Origin: Malacoraja senta
Lineage: Eukaryota
Length of the DNA stretch: 64,000 bases
Assembly (NCBI GenBank): GCA_038087875.1
Contig: CM075998.1
Span: 5,706,001-5,770,000 of the forward strand
Direction: 5' to 3'
Shown here: in pieces, positions 51,836 through 63,800 of the stretch
Numbering within the stretch: the stretch's first letter is position 1
Layout of the letters: each line of letters opens with the position of its first letter
Translations under genes and position numbers: made by a program
The notes under the pieces: model-generated
Told to the model about the DNA's origin: nothing
What the model saw: only the letters and a program-made list of their open reading frames with translations
Database searches by the model: none

Positions 51836-52583
51836 TTAGGCTGCCTCCTTTTGCCTTAAAGGTATTCCCTCCAGTATTTAACATTTCCACTCTGAGAAAA
51901 ATACTCTGACCAGGCACTTCATCTATGCCTCTCATGATTTTATACACTTCTATCAGGTCTCCCGTCAGCCTCTGATGCTCCAGAGAAAACAATCCAAGTT
52001 TGTCCAACCTCTCCTTATAGTTTATACTCTAATCGAGCCAACATTCTGGTAAACCTCTCATGCACCCTCTCCAAAGCCTCCACATCTTTCCTGTAATGGG
52101 GCGAGCAGAACTGTACACAATACTCCAAATGAGATCCAGCAACAGTTTTATACAGTATCTCGCAGTGACATTTAATGATCGATGTACAAAGTCTCTTTGA
52201 ACTTTCACTGCTTCCAGTTTTGCGCCACTTAGAAAATGTTCTGTTTTATCCTCTTTAGTTCAAAGTGGTTGACCTCACATTTGGCTACAAGAATTTCCAT
52301 TTGTCACAGGCTTTCCCATTCACATGTTTTTTATTTCTATTTACAGTTGAGCTTTCATCTCATATTGGTCTCAACGCTGTCTATTTTTGTACCACTGGCA
52401 AACTAGGATATGTGTTTTTTACTGCATTGCATTCAATGAATAATCGTTGCTATATCCTGCCGGTCTGTCCTATCTGTTATCGTAGAGCATGAAGTGCTGG
52501 AGTGACTCAGTGGATCAGGCAGCATCCCTGAAGGACACGGATAGGCGACGTTGCGGGTCAAGACTGAAGGAGAGACCCTATCT

Positions 52584-53177
52584 GAAACGTCGTTGATCTA
52601 TGTTCTCCACAGATGCTGCCTGACCCGCTGAGTTACTCCAGCACTCTGTGAAACGTCCTATCCATGTTCTCCACAGATGCTGCCTGACCCGCTGAGTTAC
52701 TCCAGCACTCTGTGAAACGTCACCTATCCATGTTCTCCACAGATGCTGCCTGACCCGCTGAGTTACTCCAGCACTCTGTGAAACGTCACCTATCCATGTT
52801 CTCCACAGATGCTGCCTGACCCGCTGAGTTACTCCAGCACTCTGTGAAACGTCACCTATCCATGTTCTCCACAGATGCTGCCTGACCCGCTGAGTTACTC
52901 CAGCACTCTGTGAAACGTCACCTATCCATGTTCTCCACAGATGCTGCCTGACCCGCTGAGTTACTCCAGCACTCTGTGAAACGTCACCTATCCATGTTCT
53001 CCACAGATGCTGCCTGACCCGCTGAGTTACTCCAGCACTCTGTGAAACGTCACCTATCCATGTTCTCCACAGATGCTGCCTGACCCGCTGAGTTACTCCA
53101 GCACTCTGTGAAACGTCACCTATCCATGTTCTCCACAGATGCTGCCTGACCCGCTGAGTTACTCCAGCACTTTGTGT
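52584..53177 (+). repeat. Minisatellite of 9 x 66 bp derived from the Penelope terminal motif
   Basis: Unit GAAACGTCACCTATCCATGTTCTCCACAGATGCTGCCTGACCCGCTGAGTTACTCCAGCACTCTGT. Units start at 52584, 52650 (64 bp), 52714, 52780, 52846, 52912, 52978, 53044 and 53110. Confidence 0.95.
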
Positions 53178-55592
53178 TCTACCCACCATTCCAGAATCTG
53201 CAGTTCATTGTGTGTTCTGTCTGTTCCCATTACCCTGTGACCTCCTGATGCTCAGTTGAGTTCCACTCAATGTCAAGCAATTACCTTTATTTACAAGAAA
53301 TGTCATTTTAGTCATAGTAGACTTTGTCAAATACCTTGTGGAAGTCTGTTAAAATATCATCCATAGAAGCTTCTATATCTACTTCAGTCAATAAAATCCA
53401 AATGGACCAGATTCTAGTGTGAAAAAAGGGACACAGAGTGCTGGAGTAACTCAGGAGGTCTGGAGAAAAAGGATAGGTGACGTTTTCCGGGTCTGGCCTT
53501 GGAGAAGGGCCCTGACTCAAAATATGACCTTTCCATGTTCCATGTTCTCCAGAGATGCTGCCTGACTCACTGAGTTACTCCAGCGCTTTGTGTCCTTATT
53601 TTGTAAACCAGCAAAAACAGTTCCTCGTTTTTACAGATTCCAGCGTTGTCCCTCTGATATTTCACCCCAGATCATTGAGCCCCAGTCATTGAAGGTAGGA
53701 AAATATTGTCAGACTGAAGAAAGGTCCTGACAAGGACGAGTCACTCCCTCTTCTCCCCTCTCCCATTAGGCAAGAGGAACAGAAGTGTGAAAATGCACAC
53801 CTCCAGATTCAGGGACAGTTTCTTCCCGGCTGTTATCAGGCAACAGAACTGAACTGGGGCAGGGATTTAGATTTCTAGATCACTGGAATCTCTTCTGGTG
53901 CAGGGGTGACCTGTACAAAAGGGACGGGTTGCACCTTAATTGAAAGGGGCTGACTTTCTGGCAGGCAGGTTTGCTAGTGCTACATGGGTGGGTTTAAACT
54001 AAATAGTGGGGGGGGTGGAGTCAACAACTTGGGCACGTATCCATGCAGCTAAAGGGAAAGAGAGTGCAGGAAAGGTCACGTTTAAACTAACAGGGCAGGG
54101 GGATGGGACCCAATGCAGGGAGACAGAGGACCATAATAAGAGGACAGAAGCAAAAGGTAGAAGGGAGATAAAAAAAACAAACCTGAAAGCTTTGTGCCTT
54201 AATGCGAGGAGCATTCAAAATAAGGTGGATGAATTGAATGCGCAGTTAGTAGTTAAGGGATAATGATATAGTTGGAATTATGGAGACATGGTTCCAGGAT
54301 GACCAAGACTGGGAGCTGAACATGCAGGGGTATTCGATATTGAGGAAGGGTAGACAGAAAGGAAGAGGAGGTGGGGTGGCATTGCCGGTTAAAGAGGAGA
54401 TTAATGCAGTAGCAAGGAGAGACATTAGCTTGGATGCTGTAGAATCAGTATGGGTCGAACTGCGAAATAGCCAAGGGCAGAAAACGCTTGTTGGAGTGGT
54501 GTACAGACCACCAAATAGTAGCAGGGAGGTTGGGGATAGCATCAAGCAGGAAATTAGGGATGCGTGTAGCATAGGTACAGCGGTTATCATGGGTGACTTT
54601 AATCTACATATAGATTGGGCCAACCAAATTGGTAGCAGCGCAAAGGAGGAGGATTTCCTGGAATGTATACGGGATGGGTTTTTAAACCAATATGTAGAGG
54701 AACCGACTAGAGGGCAGGCCATCCTAGACTGGGTATTGTGTAATGAGGAAGGATTAGTTAGCGATCTTGTTGTGCAAGGCCCCTTGGGCAACAGTGACCA
54801 TAATATGATGGAGTTCTGCATTAGGATGGAGAGTGACATTGTTAATTCAGAGACTAGGGTCCTGAACTTGAATAAAGGAGACTTTGAAGGTATGAGACGG
54901 GAATTGGCTTGGATAGACTGGCAAATTATACTTCAAGGGTTGACAATGGCAACGATTTAAAGATCGCATGGATGAACTCCAGATATTGTTCATCCCTGTC
55001 TGGGGAAAAAATAAAACTGGGAAGGCGGCTCAACCGTGGCTAATGAGGGAAGTCAAGGATAGTGTTAAAGCCAAGGAAGAGGCATATAAATTGGCCAGAA
55101 GAAGCGGCAAACCAGAGGACTGGGAGAAATTTAGAACTCAACAGAGGAGGACAAAGGGGTTAATTAAGACGGGGGGGGGGGGGGAAGAGCATGAAAGAAA
55201 GCTTGCGGGGAATATAAAAACTGACTGTAAAAAGTTTCTTTTGGTATGTAAAAAGGAAAAGATTAGTGAAGAATGTAGGTCCCTTACAGTCAGAGACAGA
55301 TGAATTTATATTGGGAAACAAGAAAATGGCAGAACAGTTAAATTAGTACTTTGGTTCTGTCTTCACTAAGGAAGACACAAACAATCTCCCAGAATTACTA
55401 GGGGACCGAGGATCTAGTGGGAGGGAGGAAATGAAGGGAAACCAAATTAGACAAAGAAATTAAATGTAACATCTCCAAGTTTGCGGATGACACAAAGCTC
55501 GGTGGCAGTGTGAGCTGCGAGGAGGATGCTATGAGGCTGCAGGGTGACTTGGATAGGTTGGGTGAGTGGGCAGAAGCATGGCAGATGCAGTA

Positions 55593-56538
55593 TCTATCTA
55601 CACTATTACTAAAACTCTCGTTCTTCCGGTTAGCGCAAAAACGGTACCCTATATCGCGAGGATTCTTTCGCCACCTTACTCACCGTTCTCCTCTGCTCCA
55701 AGCCCACCAAGTTTTGTTCCGATCGGTGGAATATTACAAAAGTTATGAAGGTTTAAAAAATCGTGAGGTCAGTAGATTGTATTCTCGCCTGTCTGTCACC
55801 ATGAAGGTAACGCCCCTTCCGGCACCCACTGTCAATCACCAGGACGAGGTCCACAAGCCATGCTGATTGAGTCCACAAGAGTGGAGTCGGGGAAGCCGCT
55901 GAGTGGAGCCGGGAGGTGCTATGTGGTGCCGCGGCCGATGGCCGCTGAGTGGAGTCCCTCCCCCCACACACCCCCTCCCCCCTCCACACACCCACATCCC
56001 CCCAAGCCCCCTCTCCCCCTCTCCCTCCTCCCCACACCCCCCTCCCCCCACACCCTCCCCTCCACACTCCCCCTTTACCCCTCCCCCATTCCTCTCCCTC
56101 CCCCCCACCCTCCCACCGCTCCCCCCCACCCTCCCACCCCTCCCCCCACCCCACCCCCCACACCACCCCACCCCCCACACCACCCCACCCCCACACCCCC
56201 CCCCTCCCCAACACACACACCCTCCCCCACACAACCCCTCCCCCACAACCCCCCTCCCCCACACACCCTTCCCCCACCCCCCTCCCCCACACCCCCCACA
56301 CCCCCCTCCCCCACCCCCCTCCCCACACACCCCTCCCCCACAACCCACACCCCCCTCCCCCACACACACCCCTCCCCCTCCCTCCCACACCCCTCCCCCA
56401 CTCCCCTCACTCCCCACCCCCCTCCCCCACACACCCCCCTCCCCCACACCACGGTGGAATATTGCTTTGGGGAATGGGTTGCATTGGGGGACCAGACCTC
56501 CCGTGTGACTGGGACCCAACGGGTCCCACTTAGTCTAG
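55593..56538 (+). mobile_element. Non-autonomous Helitron
   Basis: Inserted exactly between A and T of CR1 GATGCAGTA|TAATGTGG (uninterrupted at about 60382-60398) with no TSD. Begins TC and ends CTAG. 8-bp hairpin TGGGACCC-AAC-GGGTCCCA at 56510-56528. Confidence 0.92.
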
Positions 56539-56686
56539 TAATGTGGATAAATGTTGAGGTATCCACTTTGGTGGCAAGAACAGGAAGGCAGATTATTTTC
56601 TGAATGGTGTCAGATTAGGAAAAGGTGAAGGTGCAACGACACATGTGTGTGCTTGTACTTCAGTCACTGAAAGTAAGCATGCAGGT

Positions 56687-56878
56687 TGCGGTGTATGTAA
56701 TATAAATGGTGTTACCTGCCTCCAAGTTAAAGGGGGAGGAGTGTTAGGTATGTGATATGATTAGCATATGTGATGTCTTGTGCAAGTACGCATGCGTCCT
56801 GGAATAAAGAAGCTTGTTAGTGTACTCCCGTGTCCGAGTGTTATTTTAAGTCTGTTCCAAGCACCCAAATACACAACA
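56687..56878 (+). mobile_element. Solo LTR, 192 bp
   Basis: TG...CA ends with a short inverted repeat (TGCGGTGTAT / ATACACAACA) and an internal AATAAA. 5-bp TSD CAGGT at 56682-56686 and 56879-56883, within CR1. Confidence 0.85.
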
Positions 56879-58611
56879 CAGGTACAGCAGGCAATGAAGA
56901 AAGCCAATGGCATGTTGGCCTTCATTGCGAGAGGATTTGAGTTTAGGAGCAAGGAGGTCCTACTGCAGTTGTACAGGGCCCTGGTGAGACCACACCTGGA
57001 GTATTGTGTGGAATATTGGTCTCCTAATTTGAGGAAGGACATTATTGCTATTGAGGGAGTGCAGTGTAGGTTCAACAGATTAATTCCCGGGATGGCAGGA
57101 CTGACGTATGATGAATGAATGGGTCAACTGGGCTTGTATTCGCTGGAATTTAGAAAGATGAGAGGGATCATATAGCAACATATAAAATTCTTAGAGGATT
57201 GGACAGGGTAGATGCAGGAAAAATGTTCCCGATGTTTAAGAAGTCCAGAACCAGGGCCACAGTTTAAGACTGTGTAGGCCATTTAGGACTGAGATGCGCG
57301 GGAAAAAATTTCACCCGGAGAGTTTTGAATCTGTGGAATTCTCTGCCACAGAAGGCAGTGGAGGCCAATTCACTTCATATCAAGAGGATTTCAGTATAGG
57401 AGTAGAGAGGTTCTTCTGCAGTTGTGTAGGGCTCTGGTAAGACCACGTCTGGAGTATTGCGTACAGTTTTGGTCTCCTAATTTGAGGAAGGACATCCTTG
57501 TGATTGAGGCAGTGCAGCATTGGTTCACGAGATTGATCCTTGGGATGGCGGGACTGTCATATGAGGTAGATTGAAAAGACTAGGCTTGTATTCACTGGAG
57601 TTTAGAAGGATGAGGGGGGGATCTTATAGAAACATATAAAATTATAAAAGGACTGGACAAGCTAGATGCAGGAAAAATGTTCCCAATGTTGGGCGAGTCC
57701 AGACCAGGGGCCACAGTCTTAGAATAAAGGGAGGGCCATTTAAGACTGAGGTGAGAAAAAACGTTTTCACCCAGAGAGTTGTGAATTTGTGGAATTCCCT
57801 GCCACAGAGGGCAGTGGAGGCCAAATCACTGGATGGATTTAAGAGAGAGTTAGATAGAGCTCTAAGGGCTAGTGGAATCAAGGGAGTGGGGAGAAGGCAG
57901 GCACGGGTTATTGATTGGGACGATCAGCCATGATCACAATGAATGGCGGTGTTGGCTCGAAGGGCCGAATGGCCTCCTACTGCACCTATTTCTATGTTTC
58001 ACTGTACCTCGGTACACGTGACAATAAACTAAACCTAAAGACCAGAAACGACGCCTATCCATTCCCTCCACAGCTGCCCCTGACCCGCTGACCTCCTCCA
58101 ACACTTTATAATTTGCTCAAGATTCCACCATCTGCAGTTCCTCGTGTTCGAGAAAAACGTTAAACGTTTCTCAGAATCAACTTGTAGCAAATATAAATAA
58201 TTCAAGTGTTTCCATTACACAAACTGTGCACCATCTCCAAAATAGCAGTACCTTGAGGCTCCGTAGTTTTCCTTCAATTCCGCCCACTTGATTATAACTT
58301 CGATAAAATCCGTCGCGCGTAATACTGCAGTTGGCGTTAATTTGTCAAGCATGTTTGTCCACGGGATTTCAAATCTAAAATAATCCAGTGAGCCGTGAAA
58401 GGGTTACTGTTAGCCTCGTCAGACTTCAGTAAGAGCCTGTGTATATGGAGAGAGAGGAGGAGAGAGAGAGAGGGAGGGAGGGAGTGTTTTATCATCAGTG
58501 GCAGCGGTACATTCCGTCTCCTGTATACACGAGGTCACACACCCTCAACCAGTCAGTACCTCTCTGTCAAGCTGCGAAACCGCGTCTCCTGCACCAGAGA
58601 CATTTCCAGCA

Positions 58612-58770
58612 ATGACACCTCTGCTGCGCGTGTGTTGGCTACTCTTGGCAGCCAGGGCTCGGCGTTTAATCTGGAAACAACTAACACGATCGCAAAGGAA
58701 GGAGAGCGAGGGAGTTTGTTTGGTTTTCTGTGGCTTTACACAAACAGACCAGCCCGGACGCTCAGAGTTG
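58612..58770 (+). CDS. ITGA7: Integrin alpha-7 first coding exon (signal peptide and start of the beta-propeller), with two apparent 1-bp deletions
   Basis: Adding one G at 58655-58657 and one T at 58724-58727 gives MTPLLRVCWLLLAARGSAFNLETTNTIAKEGERGSLFGFSVALHKQTSPDAQSW|GTGAGT. Compare ITGA7 AFNLD...KEGEPGSLFGFSVALHRQLQPRPQSW. Head-to-head with BLOC1S1. Confidence 0.88.
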
Positions 58771-59744
58771 GTGAGTTGAAAATCTATTTGAATCTGTAAC
58801 GCCGTTTCATCTGAGCTGATGCCTTCGTGGTAAAGACACGGAAAGTGCAAATTTAATCTCAAGTGTGGTGAATTTTATTACTCGCGGGTAGAAACAGAAA
58901 AGCGGCAAATGATAATGTTTACAGGAGACACTTACGCAGATTAACGGAATAGAATATTTCTGAATGTATTTATCTCCGTGTCAACTTATTGTTAATATAT
59001 GTCTTTGCGATTATCCTGAAAGCAGTGCTTGTACAATTGAACATGTCAGTGGCAACGATGTACCCTTCACTCTTTCTGGACGCCCGTTTACAATGGCTTT
59101 TTTTTAAAGCTTAAATATTGAAGCCGGAGTATTAAAAAAGCAGCGATTTATTTCTCGCTATTCTTGCGGTTAAGCATGTGGGCCATTTCTGTGGAGAATG
59201 ATATATGAACTAACCCCATTCCCTGCCTGTGTAACGTAAAGGGCTTGCAAGGTGCGGTGGGTGGGAGTTGTTACACGACAGTGACTAGTTCAACTTGAAG
59301 GTTTGTTTAGATGCAGACATCAACATTGCTCGAAACGTGATTTATTCTTTGCAGCCAGTGCAGAAATGCCTTTCAAACATGCTTTTAAATGAACAGCGAT
59401 TTGTTTTGTGGAACTTAAAAAGGTCGGTGCAGCGCGGGTGGGCTGTCTTCAACCTGCGGGGAGCAGCTTTTGGCTGCCTTCGCTCCTCCCAACCCAATCG
59501 TTTTATGTTTTATAAACTGGCTGCCTCAGTGGGAACCCGCTCATGAATTATTGAAGAGCGCTTGACAAAATCTATTGCCGGCCAGAAGACCTAATTGAGC
59601 AATGCCGGGACCGAGTTTGGTTTAATTTCAGGGCGATTGAACTGGGTTTCAGGCGTGCACGAAATGTGTACAGTAGTTCACGTTATCCCCATGTAAATAC
59701 TCACATGCCACAGAGGACTGACAATGTTAACCGTTACAGTCGGT

Positions 59745-62120
59745 GTTCTGGTCTGGGTCCCCCTTTGCTTTAGGTCGGAAGGTTGTATATTCAAACCCAG
59801 TTCCTGCCGAAATCGTGCGTGAAATCCAAGCCCGCAACCCTGGGTCCCATTGTGAAACACGAGGCGCTGGAGGAACTCAGCGGGTCAGCCAGCATCTGTG
59901 GAGGGAAATGGACAGCGACATATCGAGTCGGGACCCTGACCTGCTGAGTTCCTCCAGTACTTTGTGTTTCGCTCAAGGTTCCAGCATCTGCAGTTCCTTG
60001 TGTCCCTCTGTGGGATTGCTGCCCTGTTGCAGATGCTCACCATTTCTCTCAATCCTGACTGTTGCACCCGGTGGACTAGAGAGTGCCTATGGCTTTCTTC
60101 CTAACACTAGAATGCTCGGGCAGGAATGAACCAAACCCTCAAGCCTGCCCCTCCAGAGATGCTGCCTGTCCAGCTGAGTTAACTCCAGCTTTTTGTGTCT
60201 ACCTCCACCATTCAATATGATCACTGCCCGGGCTTCTCAGCTCCTTCACCCTGCCAGTTCCCTATAGCTTTCAATTCCAAGATCTTTCAGGCAGTGTGAG
60301 TGGCAGTGTGAGCTGCGATGAGGATGCTATGAGGCTGCAGGGTGACTTGGATAGGTTGGGTGAGTGGGCAGATGCATGGCAGATGCAGTATAATGTGGAT
60401 AAATGTGAAGTTATCCACTTTGGTGGCATGAACAGGAAGGCAGAATGGTCTGAATGGTGTCAGATTAGGAAAGGGGGAGGTGTAACCAGACCTGGTACAT
60501 CAGTCACTGAAAGTAAGCATGCAGGTACAGCAGGCAGTGAAGAAAGCCAATCATTGGCTTTCATTGATTGGCCATCATTGCGAGAGGATTTGAATTTAGG
60601 AGCAAGGAGGTCCTTCTGCAGTTGCACAGGGCCTTGGTGAGACCGCACCTGGAGTATTGTGTGTAATTTTGGTCTCCTAATTTGAGGAAGGACATTATTG
60701 CTATTGAGGGAGTGCAGCGTAGGTTCACGAGGTTAATCCCCGGGATGGCGGGACTGATGTATGATGAAAGAATGAATCACCTGGGCTTGTATTCACTGGA
60801 ATTTAGAAGGATGAGAGGGTATCTTATAGAAACAAAAAATTCTTAAAGGATTGGACAGGCTAGATGTTGGAACAATATTGGGGGAGTCCAGAACCAGGGG
60901 TCACAGTTTAAGAATAAGGGGTAGGCCATTTAGGAATGAGATGAGGAAAAACTTCTTCACCCAGAGAGTTGTGAATCTGTGGAATTCTCTGCCACAGAAG
61001 GCAGTGGAGGCCAATTCACTGGATGTTTTCAAGAGAGAGTTAGATTTAGCTCTTAGGGCTAAAGGAATTAAGGGATATTGGGAAAAGCAGGAATGGGATA
61101 CTGAGTTTAGATGATCAGCCATGATCATATTGAATTGCGTTGCTGGCTCGAAGGGCCGAATGGCCTACTCCTGCACCTATTTTTCTATGTTTTCTATGTT
61201 TCTATATATGCTAGTGTTTCACACTGGCCCAGCCAATATTTATCACTCAATCAATGACGCCAAAAGTAATTATCTGCTCATTAACAGTGAAAATAAACAA
61301 CAACAAAAAAACACAGATGTTGAAAATCTAAAGCGAACACATAAGATGCTGGGAATATTCAGCAGGTAATGCAGCATCTGTGGGAAGAGGGATAAGTTAA
61401 CATTCCAGGTCAGAGACCTTTCTTCAGCACTAAAATGGAGATAAGGCAAGCATGTTATGATGATGGGAGGGTGGGGGAATTGGATGCCTCTGATGTGTAA
61501 AACCAGGGTGACTATGGGGATAAGCTATAAACAAAGTAATTGGTCTGCAGAACGGTCTCGACCCGAAACGTCACATATCCATGTTCTCTGGAGATGCTGC
61601 CTGACCCATTGAGTTATTCCAGCACAGTGTGTCCTTTCGGTAATCTGTCAAAGATTGAAAGAGAGTGTGAAGATATCCCTGTTTGTCCCACTGTGGATTT
61701 TGTAACTCCCATGTTACTTTTGTCCATGTTCCCACTCTCTACCTGTTCCCATTCACTCATTGACCAGACAACCCTGTTTACTGCTTGTGCCCAGGGTTAC
61801 CCCGTTTCAGACATGCCCCCTCCCACACCTTCCCTGCAACTTTACAAGCTTCTTCTGTCTCCTTCCCAGTTCGGATGAAGGGTCTCCAATTTGAATCGTA
61901 GACTCCCCTTCCCACAGATGCTGCCGATCCCACTGACTATTTCCAGCATTTTCTGCTTTTAGATCTGCTCTTTATCACTTTGCTGTATGGGGAAGCACGC
62001 TGTGGACAAATTAGCTGCTGTGTTTCCAAACTTGAAATAGCGACTATACTTCAAAATATACGTCATTGGCTGTAAAATGCTTCGGGATATCGGTAAACGG
62101 CTCAATAGAATTAATAAGAA
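59745..62120 (+). mobile_element. Deu-domain SINE broken into pieces (about 59745-60045, 61221-61290, 61963-62120) by younger inserts
   Basis: tRNA-like head, GCCAATATTTATCACTCAATCAA, and GCTGTGGACAAATTAGCTGCTGTGTTTCC..CATTGGCTGTAAAATGC. Confidence 0.6.
60290..61205 (+). mobile_element. CR1 3' part
   Basis: EDAMRLQGDLDRLGEWADAWQMQYNVDKCEVIHFG through to a (TTTCTATGT)n tail. Confidence 0.9.
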
Positions 62121-63590
62121 AAAGGAACTCTCAACAGCTGAACATCATAAGTGAGTTACTCCAGCAATTTGTGTCTACCTTCGATTTAAACCAGCATCTG
62201 CAGTTCTTTCCAACACATCATAACAACAACTTGCTTTTGAATAGTGCCTTCTAATTTAGGATGTCATCACATCAGTGATCATTAAAGAACATCTCACATG
62301 GAGCCTGACAAGGTGATATTAGAATAGGTAACTTCAAACCTGATCAAAGAGTAAAAAAGAGATGGCAAAACGGATGAAGGAGAGGAAGAGGTGGAGTGGT
62401 TTAGGAAGGGAATTGGCATCGGGGAGTGGTGAATATGGGTCTCCTTAAAACATCAGAATGGAAAAAACACAGAGGGTTTAGGGTTGTGAGGTTTGAGGAG
62501 GTAACGGTGATAGAGGTGAGAGTATCCGGAAGGATTTAAACATGTTTTGTTTAGTTCCTGTTCCAATTACAGCACCAATGTACATTTGGAAGGGAATGGA
62601 TTTGAAAGCTTTTGAGTGTGATGGGCCAAATGCAGGTCAATGGAACTAGCCCAGTATACCAACTTGGTTGGCATGGACAAGGTGGATGGAAGAGGTGCTG
62701 GCTCGAAGGGCCGAATGGCCTACTCCTGCACCTATTGTCAATTGTCTATATAAGAGCCTGTTTCCGTGCTGTATAGATCTACGACTCTGTTTTGAGTTAG
62801 GTTGTGAGTAACAGAGCTAGAGATGAGGTCAACATTTTGAGGGCTGAAGCTGGAGAGGCTGGTGAAACAAAGTTTTGAAACTATTATAAATAATTGGGAA
62901 AAGAAAACACAAAGTGCTGGAGTAACTCAGCGGGTCAGGCTGCATCTCTGGAGGATATAGATAGGTGATGCTTTGGGTCAGACTGAAGAAGGGTCTTGAC
63001 CTTAATCTATCCATGTCCTCCAGAGATGCTTCCTGACCTGCTGAGTTACTCCAGCATTTTGTGTCTTTTTTTTGTAAATTAGCATCTGCATTTCTTTGTG
63101 TCTTTATGGTAAGCAATTGGAATGTAGAAACAAGGAACTGCAGATGCTGGTTTACACAAAAGGAAACAAAGTGTTGGAGTAACTCAGTAGGTTAGGCAGC
63201 ATCTCTGGAGAACATGAATAGGTGACGTTTCAGGTCAGGACCCTACTTCAGAAACAAATGGGAGGGTTTTATTAGAAGCAGGAGTAGGCCATTCTGCCCA
63301 CTGCCCCAAACCTATCCAACATTCATGGTTGATTTGAATCCAATTGAGATGAGACATGAAAGCCTCTTATTTGGGGGGTAATTAAATAAGAAATGTTGTT
63401 TCTAATGGCAAGTGATAGGAACGTAAAATCATTAGGTATTTGTATTTATTGAATGATTACCTCTCCACACATGGTGTGCGTAAGTAAGTAACTACTCATT
63501 TCTCTTTGGGAGCAGGCAGTATCTAATGGAAAGTAAAATAAGGGTTTCCTCGGATTATGTCCATGTTCAGCAAGCAGTCCTTGAGAGTGC

Positions 63591-63800
63591 AGGAAGGAAC
63601 TGCAGATGCTGGTTTAAACTGAAGATTGACACAAAAAGCTGGAGTAACTCAGCGGGACAGGCAGCATCTCTGGAGAAAAAGAATGGGTGAGGTTTCAGGT
63701 CAAGACATCTGAAGAAGGGTCTCAACCCGAAACGTCACCCATTCCTTCTCTCCAGAGATGCTGCCTGTCCCGCGGAGTTACTCCAGCTTGTTGTGTCTAT
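63591..63800. mobile_element. Palindromic Penelope-derived mini-element with a hammerhead-like core
   Basis: Inverted then forward terminal motif. CTGAAGAAGGGTCTCAACCCGAAACGTC at about 63708-63737. TSD CC(T/A)TGAGAGTGC. Confidence 0.75.

Larger units (their letters stand above)
53850..57999 (+). mobile_element. Long CR1 LINE (ORF1 esterase end, APE, partly deleted RT, two tandem 3' ends) hosting a Helitron and a solo LTR
   Basis: GFRFLDHWNLFW..DLYKRDGLHLN (SGNH esterase end), LCLNARSIQNKVDEL, GVVYRPPNS, IMGDFN, LGNSDHN and ISKFADDTKL. Confidence 0.9.

Noticed and set aside
52578..53189. CRISPR-like array or a 203-aa repeat protein ORF
   Set aside because: The units are contiguous with no unique spacers and no cas genes. 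The ORF arises only because the 66-bp unit is a multiple of 3 and has no stop in that frame.
55753..56603. Long Pro/His-rich and Gly-rich ORFs
   Set aside because: By-products of a low-complexity C-rich tract inside a Helitron that is open in all frames.
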